A stretch of DNA of 30,581 nt from contig OZ316895.1 in assembly GCA_973895155.1 (NCBI GenBank), forward strand, positions 19,204,122-19,234,702, read 5' to 3'. This document shows positions 10,954 to 21,400 of this stretch, piece after piece. Positions within the stretch are counted from its first letter, which is position 1, and each line of letters begins with the position of its first letter. Position numbers and translations under genes: made by a program. This DNA is from Marsupella aquatica (taxonomy: Eukaryota; Plantae; Marchantiophyta). A model generated the notes under the pieces. It had not been told where the DNA came from, did not search any database, and worked only from the letters and a program-made list of their open reading frames with translations.

Positions 10954-13107
10954 TGTCACGCGATTGACATGGGTCTTAACACCAAAAACGTCACTATGGG
11001 TGCCAAAACCATCTCCTTGTACCTGAGGATCACGAAGGGATGTTGTGAAGGCTGGTAAACACCAGTTTATGCCCTTAACACCAGACTATCATAGCAAGAC
11101 TCCGTCACACATCACCCAAGCTCAATCCCTAAGAACCAAGGTTGGGAATCAGATCCGTGCTCATGATAGTTTTGGTGATAAGGGGCCTTCATATTGGGCC
11201 CGTACACACAGGGCCTAGCGCTACGGTGCGCATATGTCTATACGTATGCTTACTATAATAGGTATATTTCTATTCCGCCGCCGGAATGTACCAATCAACC
11301 AGTGACTCCTGACTGATTCCCGGCTTAGGGACTTCTAAGCCATTGCCCCACCACTCTGCCATTCCACTCTCAGCAATCAGAGCTGTGACAGCCTTCACCC
11401 AACCCACTTCAATGCACCCGGTACACCTCTCAGTGGCACTGCTAGTCCCATCAAATACTCAGATTGCCTCGCACACACACATATCCATGAGAGAAATGAG
11501 GCCTGAGAGGAAAACTCAATTAGATTCAAAGATGTGCACAATAGTTCACTGAGAACACTTGATCCGAACACTAGGCTCGAAGGCTGTCTCCTCCAAATTG
11601 CGACGTGGTTGCCCTGCAAGCTCAATCCTGAACCTGAGCCCGGCTCACTCCAGATTGCGATGGTAGATTGGACTTGAACCAATCCCGTACTTGCCTTGCA
11701 AACTCAATCCTGAACTCAACCTCCTTCACTGCACTTCATTCTTGGGGCACATACAGATCTCACACCTCCATTTCAGAATGTCAAGTTACGCATGCACAGT
11801 TGACTCGACTTCAAAGCTGGTACCAAGCCTAACGGCGATCTACCCCAGATTGCAATGAGGCCCGACCTCATGCTTGCCCTACAAGCTCAGCCCTGGCCAT
11901 AAATCCCTTAGTGCTCTCCACCAGACAAAGGCCGGGACTCCCCATGGATCACGTAGCCTTGCCAGACTAAATTGTAAATGCTCCTCTTGCTGCCCCTCAA
12001 TCAGTATCTCAGCCTCCCTAATGTGTTCACCAAAAATCACATTGAAATCCTCCCCATAGTTTACAATCACCAACACATCACCTATCACCAAGGCTCTATA
12101 TCGGGGGAAAAGAACCCAGTTGTGTTGCCTACTAGAAAGAGCCACAATCCAGCTTGCAAACCTGGCCAACTGTTGCTGTGAAGCGTGGCTGATTACTCCC
12201 TGAGTAATAGCACAACCAAGCTCTCCCCAACACACAGCTTCCAAGCCCAGCCTTCCTTGCATAGAGCTCCTCCCTACTGCTCAGTCTACGTGAGATCACA
12301 CAACTGAAGTTCCCCCCCTGCCTCTACCGGGGGGCTGCTCTATATACTCTCATACTGAGCCCAAATGGGTGGATACTACGCTGCTGGAGCCCCATCCCAG
12401 CCCTAACAGAGCCGCCACTATCTCTAACTATTGAACCCTAACTCGCAACTTTATTTCTCTCTCGAATTGGCTATGTACTTCGGATTTGGCCCTCCTCCAT
12501 GGTTTTTGCGAGCTTGCGCCTCCTCTCCCGATTTCTCTATTCAACCATTTGCTGCGTGGATAGAAGCGTTGGAAGCGGCTTGAGCTCCTCTTTCCAAAGA
12601 GGTCAATTATAGCCGATTTGGGCAAATACAGAGAAAGTTGTGCCCCCGCAACCGAGAGGGGTACTCATTGCTATGCTAACCCGAGTTACATAGCTAACCT
12701 GAGTTCGGCTAACCTAGCTATCCTATCTAACCCGAGTAGAGCTAACCCGTGGTCTCGGGTTAGGCCGCTACCCGCTATCCGCTAACCTAGGCTAAGCTGA
12801 GCCCAAACCCGAACTTGCCTATGCTAACCCGAGCCTGAGTTTAGGCTAACCCAAGTTCAGTCTAACCCTGGCTCAATCTAACCCGAACCCGGGTTAAGCC
12901 TAAGCTGAAGCCATGCTGACCTGAGCTAAGCTGAAGCTATGTTGACCTGAGCTAAGCTGAAGCCGTGCTTACATGAGCTAAGCTGAAGCCGTGTTTACAT
13001 GAGCTAAACTGAAGTCGTGCTCACATAAGCTAAGCCGTGGCCGAGCTTAGGTTAACCCGAAACCGAAGCCGGATCCGCTAATTCCGGCCACAAGTTAACC
13101 CGTCACA
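10954..13107 (-). mobile_element. Probable LTR or LTR-retrotransposon fragment
   Basis: Ends TGTCACG...CGTCACA form an imperfect inverted pair. The minus-strand start TGTGACG..GGCCGGAAT resembles the one at 17848. Internal tandem repeats and a TATA-like site near 12340. No TSD found. Confidence 0.5.
12899..13036 (+). repeat. 26-bp tandem repeat, about 5 copies (GCTAAGCTGAAGCCRTGYTKACMTGA), preceded by degenerate GCTAACCCGAG repeats (12670-12898)
   Basis: Units read directly in the sequence. Confidence 0.85.
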
Positions 13108-13420
13108 CTAATCAGGCCATATCTTCCTTAATACACCTCCGTTTCCCGAGTGTTTTATATAGATTTTACTTGCCTTGACCAGATCTTTCCAATGCTCTTT
13201 ACAGATCCGGATTCGGTGATGTATTGAAAGAGATATGGTCGCCAACCATCCACGACATAGCTTTTATTTCCCTACTCAACGCCATGATTGCCCTTATTCT
13301 TGCCATATTGCTAATTGTTATGCAATATCAATAGTTACTCCTTGTATACAGCAACCTACTTACTCAGATTATAGAATAAGGACCATGTCATCGGCGTCAC
13401 AATTTTATAAAAACCCCCTT

Positions 13421-14513
13421 TCAAGGGATGTTTTGGAGACTTCTACGGATCCAGAAATAGCAAAGAATACAACTTTGGCAAACCCTGTCGGAGGTTGCTA
13501 TGCTGGAGTTATCCATCTTTTGGATGACGATGGTGATGATGCAAGTCATAATGTCAATGATACCAAGCAGATGGGGACTCAACCTTTGTGTGATGTCGGG
13601 GACGACCATCGGGATGCCCCCCCAAAGGATCCCTTCCATCCGAGAGGTTGATGTTCCTTATGGGACCTGGCATCTCAGGCGGAGTGGTAGAGGTGCTGGA
13701 CCTGTTTGCAACGGGTCGGTTGACCAAAGCGTTTTTGGAAGAGATGAATGTAGAAATCTCATCAAGGAGACTGGATGGAAGTCCGCACAAGGGGGAATTG
13801 TTGGAGTCGCCATTCACGGGTTGCGATTATCGTCTCCACATCGCCAGTTGTTATACTTCTGTCCTAACAATAAGTGTCACAAGAGCCGAGGACGCAGAAC
13901 TCTAGCTCAACTACCCCCCCCACCCGAGTCGCTCAAGGTTCAGCGTGGGACTTGCCTCTCCCATCCCGAGATAGATTTTCTGCTGGGATTAGGATACCAG
14001 ATCAGTGGACTGTCCTATGTGGATGCAAATCAAGTTGGGGAGTTCCCATCCCCAATCGGGTCAACCTACAAATTGATGTTAACTCATTCCCCGAACGAAT
14101 CGATCTAACTAATGTGGACCGTTGGTTGAAAACCCAAAATGGTAAGGGTGCACGACAGCGTTTAAGCAATACTCCAGAGTTGCTCAAGCGCATCGTTTTT
14201 GCTACACAATTCACATGAGAGTTGTTGGAAATGAGAAGGTACTACCGGAAATGGATGGGGTTGGAGATACTTGATCGCCACTCACGAGACTGATTCACAA
14301 GTTCCGCACACATATTGGGTGCAAATCTGTTGTTTCCCTTCGTGTTCTTGTGAAGACTTTTATAAGAGGCATACACAAGGGAAACCATACATGTCTTGTA
14401 AACATCTGCTGTGGGTGTATTTAAACAAGTTTTCACTCAACCTGGAGAAGGACAACCTTGTCAAACAGCCGATTCTGACTATTGGGGAAGTGAGGTGTTT
14501 AATTCCGTTATAG
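13421..14513 (+). pseudogene. Probable 3' part of the transposase gene with a SWIM zinc finger
   Basis: YWVQICCFPSCSCEDF..PYMSCKHLLWVY matches SWIM CxC-n-CxH. Overlapping frameshifted ORFs start at 13235, 13500, 13874 and 14271, on the same strand as 7179-9795. Confidence 0.72.
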
Positions 14514-14835
14514 ATAGGGGACTAGTCATTTATTGGAGATGCTAATTATAGGGTGGTGGGATGGATTACTCGAGTTTGTGGTTTCACAAATATCAATCTA
14601 TTTTCACCGAGTGAACCATAATGTTAGCAAGGTCCATAATGTTATATTATATGGTGGTTGTGTTCGTTGTTTATGGCTAGCGATCTCTCTAGTCTTAGGA
14701 AGTGTGCAACAAACGGACAGAAACATCGACTTCCAGCCGTGTTCACCTATGGACAAGGATGTATGTAGTTCAGGGTTTGATGATCAAAATGACGCCAGTT
14801 CTTTGCTAGCGAGATCGCTAGTATGATCAACGGAG

Positions 14836-14863
14836 TTTAGGGTTTAGGGTTTAGGGTTTAGGG
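14836..14863 (+). repeat. Interstitial plant telomeric repeat (TTTAGGG)4
   Basis: Four perfect units. Confidence 0.92.
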
Positions 14864-15237
14864 TCAAAAGTTTATTGTAGAGTGATAGGATGTGTTCTTG
14901 GGAGGGAATTGTTCCCTCAAGTTGTTGAGGTAATACTCTGCCAAATTGATTATCTAAGATGAACCCATCAAAGATTAATCTGAAATGTAGAGTCAGTCCT
15001 ATACTAGCGATATCACTAGTCTGGGAAGGGTTCATGTGTGTCTCCAAAATAAACGACATATTCAAGGAAAGTGGGGCTCAAATAAACATACTATGGACAA
15101 AATGTCATTCAAGGACAACACAGAGAAAGGAAAGGAACACACAAACTTTACTTCTCATACATATTGAAAGTACATGAGGACATGTCATTCGCTTGAAACT
15201 ACAAAAATTTCAGTAAACCCACAACCTGACTCTCCGC

Positions 15238-15830
15238 TCAGGGGCTGGCCGCCTTCCATGCATCGGAGTCAGTGTCTGACTCCGAATCGTAATCCAAAGA
15301 GGCAAGGCGTTCCTTGGTCCAGTAGTCATGGATCTCCCTATCAATCCAATATTGCTCCTCTTCTGCAAGCCTCTTCCTCTTTGATACGGCCTTGCGCTGT
15401 GTGGTATCCACCTTCGGCTTTGGTGGAGACTTTGCTGCTGGACCTGACTTTGGAGGAGTCGGTGTTCTCCTCAATGATGATGATGATCCAATAGATTGAC
15501 CGAGTGCGGTTGGGACACTGCTATCTGCGGAGACCTTCACAGTGTCGGCATTGGGTTTCTGCTTCGGCCGAGAGTCATCTTCTAGAGGGCCATCCGTCGC
15601 CGGGTTGTAACAACGGATCTCAAGTTGCCATTTCCCCTAAGGAGGATTGCTTTGAACCCTTGACATTTCTCTGCACTTACAAAACCCAAACAATGATTAA
15701 AAAGAACGACATTCACCAAATGGAAACACTTTTCATGATGAAATACGATGAATGTCATGCCTTGTCGGAGAGTTCTTCCCTGAAAACAGCTCAGAACCAT
15801 AGACCCGCGCATACCTGAACTGGATCTGGT
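15238..15830 (-). pseudogene. Small spliced gene of unknown function with basic then acidic C-terminus, convergent on the transposase
   Basis: Exon from acceptor tgcag at about 15672 reads EMSRVQSNPP*GKWQLEIRCY...KRKRLAEEEQYW..DYDSESDTDSDAW. The upstream exon is uncertain. Confidence 0.4.
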
Positions 15831-16439
15831 GAGCGTTGAGAACTTGGAACACTGATAGCAGTTCCGAATGAAAGAGCTCGAGTCGGACGCGGTGGAAGTG
15901 ATCGGGAGAATGATTCAGAAGACTGGTGGTTTTTGGGTGACTGGCTTTGTTTAAGTGGACGGTTCGCCTTGGGTTTGCCTATGGTTTGAACGGTAATTGT
16001 CCCGTTCACTTGCAAGTGACTTAATTAGTGTCCAAACGGCCTTAATCCTCCTTTCCTTGACAGTAATGACACGTTGATTCTTGTCACATGGGAATTGTGC
16101 AGTACTTTTTTGTTATGGGAATTTTCACATGTGGAAGCATGTACGTGGAGCCCGTACCTCATGTGAGTGGCTCAATGTGTTGGCGTCATTAGACTAGCGA
16201 TTTTGCTGGCCTGAAGAAAATGTCATTTTGACTGATCGAAAATGGATCTAGTGCATTCAAGGGACTAGAAAATACTCATCGTTACGCATTTCTTGTGTCA
16301 TTTTTGTGTCATTATTTAATGATCAAACAGGGTCTTCATGCTAGTGAGGAAGATCGGACCTTTTTTTGGGCCCCAATACAAGGGGAAATCTTGCCTGTGC
16401 GAGCAAAAATTCTACTGTTTGCTTGCACGTTACAATTAC

Positions 16440-17848
16440 CCGTCAGACAATATAGCTAGCGTCCCATCCAAACTGATGGGACGAGATCCCTTCTCGGACT
16501 CTATCCATACAAGAAGCCTCCATACAGCGATCATCCGTACAGATAGTCTCTGTAAGCAGCCACGCCTTCCAGGAGGGGGTAAAGGGAGGACAAGGTCTTC
16601 CATAGACCTCATTGTTGTTGGATTGAGACCGCAGTCAAAACTGGTGTCGGGGCCGCAACAGTCACCGTGTTGTCTATCGGGGCCGTCTCTCGGGTCCGGA
16701 CTTGTGCGGGCGACGATGTGTTACCCGGCCCATATCGATGTGCCCCTGGTGGTCTCCGGACAAGAGGAGGATGAGCCTCCTTGTCCTCTAAGCTGATGTT
16801 CACCGTATTCACCACGGATCGTACCCAAATGGTTGGTGCGACTGGTGGTGGAGAGCGGCTTGAATGAGGCTGAGGCGGCAGTTGTGATGGTGCCAATGAG
16901 TTGGCTACGGGTGTATGGTTGAAGTGTTGACTCGATTGTATTAGGATTCAAAAGGTCAAAGGGGAATCCAAGTGATGTTAGGATTGACGACTTGATCGTA
17001 TTCAGACTACCAAATCGATAGTCAAGGAAGGACTGAACTTTGGCAGGTATATGGTCAAAGTGATGACACTATAAGTCCACCATGCCCGGGATCATGAAGA
17101 CCTCGTCCGGAAGTTGAAGGAGCGCTTCTTCAAAGCCGAGGTACTTTGAACCATTGAAGAAGATTTTGGTGATCTTGTCATCTCGACAAAATTTTCTCTG
17201 AAAGGGAAGGTTGAGGTTGTTGTTGTAGTGAGAGCGCCCGGCCAAACAGATGAGTCATTCGTACTCTCTTTTAGCTTTGTACCTGTGTGGGTTGAATTTG
17301 GCAAGCATTTTTGCTAGATGATTACCAATGGACAGAAATTGAAGCCAAAAGCAAATGGCCAAACTAGACATAATTGTGACAGACATATGGTGAGGTGTGG
17401 TGGATAGCTAAGGAAGGAATGGACAAGCTAGGATCAAAGTTGGCGCAAGGAGTGAAGTGCCAATACTAAGCAAGGGAATGGCTTGCCTTTTATACCCTGG
17501 TGGGACGTCGGTCGATTGGCCCCTGCCCCTTTATGATAGGCCAAGTTCTTCACGCTTATAGTGTACCGGCCACTCCGCAGGTCTGAATCAAGGCGTGTTA
17601 GAGAGCCGCTTCTTGATCCGTTATACGGACCCAAGGTAGACGGCCATAACAAACTCATAACCCGGCGGTATGGGTGGCGCTCTGCCGCCAACCCAAGCGT
17701 AAATGCTCTTTATTGACTAATTTGGTCATGATTACTAACTATTTTAGTGTTGCTATGCAAATAACTATGGACTACTAAGTCCGTAGCGTGTGTGATCAGC
17801 ATGGATTAGGCCGGATTACTCATTTCCGGCCGTGTTGGCGGCGTCACA
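16440..17848 (-). mobile_element. LTR-retrotransposon 5' fragment (LTR about 17848-17329, PBS-like site, decayed internal leader/gag-like sequence)
   Basis: Minus strand TGTGACG...TATAAAA...TCCA is followed by TTGGTAATCATCTAGC. The left boundary is approximate. Confidence 0.5.
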
Positions 17849-17874
17849 AGTTAGAATTCTAGAAATCCATAATA

Positions 17875-20300
17875 TTGTCTGATTGCACACCGTCTACAAT
17901 TCTTGCTGAGCACTCCATGAGATCAAACACCATCAACAGCACAATGGTGTTTCAGTCTTGCTTGAAGGATACAGGTGTCCATGCAAGACGGCAGTTGTTG
18001 AATGTGGAAGACCAAACAAACCCAAACATGGCGACAACAAAACAAATGCTCAAGACAACCAAAAATTTCAGGTAAGAAATGTGATTGCTTTTTGTGCATT
18101 TCTCTACCAGAGTAATTCTATTTTGGATTCAGATGGTCTCAGTCCGACACGATTTGTCATAGAGTACTGGAATTTTTGGAATGTTTGGTTCAAGTTTTGT
18201 TTTTGATTGAGACCATCTGAATCCAAAACTATTATCGCACATTAGAATCCTATTTGTTTCCAATGCTTGAGTTGGGGATAACTGACTAGCTATCCTTTTG
18301 GATTGTAGGATTGGTTGGCTCTGGCAAGAATGTCTATGGGAGGAAGGACTTGCAAAATGTATACTGGCTACTTTTTGCGGACAAAAATCTTTTTGAGTTG
18401 TGGCGTTTAGTATGTGAGATGTGGTTGCATGGGAAACTTTATGATGGAGCTGGGATGGAAGGAAATGACAAGTCCAAAAAAGCAATTACCGTTGCCATGT
18501 TTCATCCCTTTGATGGTGAGTTGATCTCATAGAGAGACATCACAAAAATCCTGACACAGGTGAAGTATTGTTGAAGAAAGATGCCACAAATAAATCTGAC
18601 ATCCCCTCAATAGAAGAGCTTGCAAAGGATGTGAAAAAAATGAGGAAGCTCAAGTCTCTTATTGAAGAATACTACTTTAGCAAGGATGCAAGGAATTTTC
18701 CATTGGATACCGACTAGAATAAAGTAATAGAGGTTCTGCCATTGTTGAGTGTTGATGCAGAATTCAACAGATGCACAAGAGCGGTTGGTGAAGTCTTTTT
18801 TTTAAATCTGTTGAAGCCAAATCATACTAGGGAGAGTGCAATCTTGCCAATAGCTTTGGTGATGTGCCTTGATGACATTTACTGCCAGAAGTTTGGTGGA
18901 GGGACACATTCTCAGAGCCAGCTTGTGGTTCACGTTCTTTAGTGACAATCTAATGAAAATAATAGATCCAGCAGCATTAGAAGAATCACCTCCAACGTGC
19001 TCACTTGCCACTTCATCAAAAGCAGTGGACAAAAGCAAAAGTTTTGGTCCTTCTACAATACATTGTGGAGCTACCACAAAATCTTACAATTGTTGTAGCC
19101 ATAATTGTTCATCCAAGGCCTCTTACAATGAATGTCCTAAGTTCACTTTGAAAATTGGGACAAGAGAAATCTCTCACCATTCACATTGAGTATGGGAGTT
19201 ATTCTCAAGAGGATCAACCGCACCCGCTTGATTCATGTTGGGGGTGCGGAATTGAAGAAGTTATATTTGCAGGAATTTCTCAAGATGAAAATGTCAATTG
19301 GAATGATATTTTCAAACCCAATCACCCAAAGCCAAAATTATTTTTTGGTTCAAAAGATACTAATTTTGAGGTCAGCAAGATTAACACAGGGAAGGCGAAC
19401 GTTGACACAGACGACATGTCAAAACCCAAAGATCTAAAAATGATGCTGACCCCACAAGAGGCGACCAAGGTTTTGCACATGGCCCCTCAATTGGAGATAG
19501 GTGGTGCTCGCAGTGGTTGGGTGAATCCACATGCCAAACCCACGCGGATGATATAGAGGATTATTCAATCCTTGTCAGAAGCTGGAGACTTGATATTTGA
19601 TTTTTTCTCGGGTGGTCAAGTGATGATGACAGCGTTCTTGTTGCAGCCCAAATGCTTGGTTTATTGTGACTCTCAAAATGAGAGACAATTTGTGGAAGCG
19701 TATGCTTCATTCCTTTGCGAGAGGGTCCCCACAATCAAGGATAACTGGGATCCTTGTGGTGGAAGTTCTAGACAATGGAAACCCACTATTGTGGATGTTG
19801 CTGCCAAAGATGAATCAGTTGATAATTCCAGAGAAGAGGATGCTAAGTCAGTCAAAGATGATGGGGCATCGGAGGTGGCATATGTAAAGAATTTGGATGA
19901 TGGTGTAGGTCAAAGTGAAAGCATAGAACCCTATGATGTTGATGATAATATTGGACTTCACCACGCCCTTCATCAGGTCCAGATGACATCCATGTGGAAC
20001 CCTATGAAGTCAAGGTTGATGCCAACTTGGACAAGGATGGTCTCAATCCAAATGCGCTGCAACGACAAACAAACAAAATTGGAGAATCGATTGACATTGA
20101 TACATTTGAAAACCGTTCTTCAACCAATTTGGTCATTGATGGTGGAGAGAAGCAGGTCAATTTGAATGAAGCTAACACCCAAGAATTTATTCTCGTGAAG
20201 GCTATTGAAGTACATGAGATTCCCATCACCCCAGAAGCCCATGCATCAACGACTATTGACAACCAGGCAGGTGCTTCAATTTTTCCTGACACTCGATCTT
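17875..20300 (+). pseudogene. Degenerate spliced gene with a C-terminal N6-adenine/N4-cytosine DNA-methyltransferase-like motif and an acidic tail
   Basis: ORFs 19155-19556 and 19572-20165 share a frame across one TAG: VNPHAKPTRMI*RIIQSLSEAGDLIFDFFSGGQVMMTAFLL, resembling HPxxKP..L.ERLI..S..GD.VLDPFxGxG. Intron gtaag at about 18071 to ttgtag at 18308. No DPPY/SPPY motif found. Confidence 0.55.
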
Positions 20301-20532
20301 TTCAACTTTTGATGACAAATTGGTTTTTGTTTGTTCACACTCGGGAAGTCCCATTGTCCTTCCGCTCTCAAAGAAAAAAGGGAATAGAGTTGGATCAAAA
20401 GGATGGAGGTCACTTGAACGTGATGCATGATGTTACGTGTGGAAAAGGGGGCCAAATAGAGGCCAAGAAAACCGCAACATTTTGCCAAAGGCGTCCAATG
20501 CGTAGCAAATCGGTTTAGGGGTCATTTTTGTA

Positions 20533-21400
20533 TTAGTGAAGTGAGGTGACAAGTTCATTGTCAAGTTCCGCCTCAAGACGTAAGCTACATATACGGTGCT
20601 TCACAGCCCAAGGAATCTTATTGCTATTGAGGTCCAACACACTATGCCTAAATTGTGACTTCCAAATTTTTGTTACACATCTCTTACTAAGTTGATCATA
20701 AGTAATCTCATTTTTTGCCTTGTCTCTCTTTGGAGAGTTTAGAAGAAGATAACAATGAATGTCACTTGCATGTGACGGTGTCTCAAGACATGGCCAAAGA
20801 ATTGTTAGAAGAAAAATTTCTCCACTATTGGCATGCGTGTAGGGCATTGGAAATAGTCCGGTCATGTCTGGGTTGGCAAATGCCTTCAAAGGGGAGTCAT
20901 CCACAAGGAGTGTGTTGGTTTTATCATATAGATTTCCAAATGCACTCCATACCACCCAAAAATCCTTGAATAGCACATTTGCCTTCCCATTTGTAATGTC
21001 ACGCCTTTGAATGCCCGTGTCAAAGGCTTCCACTTGTGTGAATACAAACTTCAGTTTCAACCGCTCCTCAAGAGTGAACATCATGTTCAACATTTTCACT
21101 ATTCGCAACATCCCAACACATGTCCAAATTGCAACGTCAAACCGGTCAAAAACAAACTTTAGAAACTCATGGAGCCCTGGCCTCTCTGTATACATGCGAC
21201 TAATTCCATTTGCACTTTCCAATGCTCAAACAGTCGGGTAAGCGTGATCGGACCAAGATTGGAAAAATCCAATTCTTCTGGTATTGGAAATCAGGTTTCA
21301 ATTCAAAAACAATGGCAAAATCATGTCCAATTTTATTAGTATGGCATCATGCGGTTCGAGCACTTTGGAATCGATATGCAATGTGCAATGTCATAAATTG
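20533..21400 (-). pseudogene. NIF/FCP1-like (HAD superfamily, CTD-phosphatase-type) gene, degenerate
   Basis: RPGLHEFLKFVFDRFDVAIWT..KDFWVVW..NTLLVDDSPLKAFANP..GLFP are NIF-domain motifs. The N-terminal DxDx motif is not intact. Confidence 0.72.

Larger units (their letters stand above)
5726..16210. repeat. Dispersed 16-18 bp palindrome, consensus (G)CTAGCGAnnTCGCTAG(C), at least 8 copies
   Basis: Copies at 5726, 6890, 6984, 9268, 14676, 14805, 15003 and 16193, for example gctagcgagatcgctag and agctagcgatcttgctagct. Confidence 0.85.

Noticed and set aside
11150-11830. PBS candidates in the first LTR-like block (TGGTACCAG, TGGTACATTCC, TATCATGAGC on the minus strand)
   Set aside because: None directly follows a clean CA LTR end with a convincing tRNA match.
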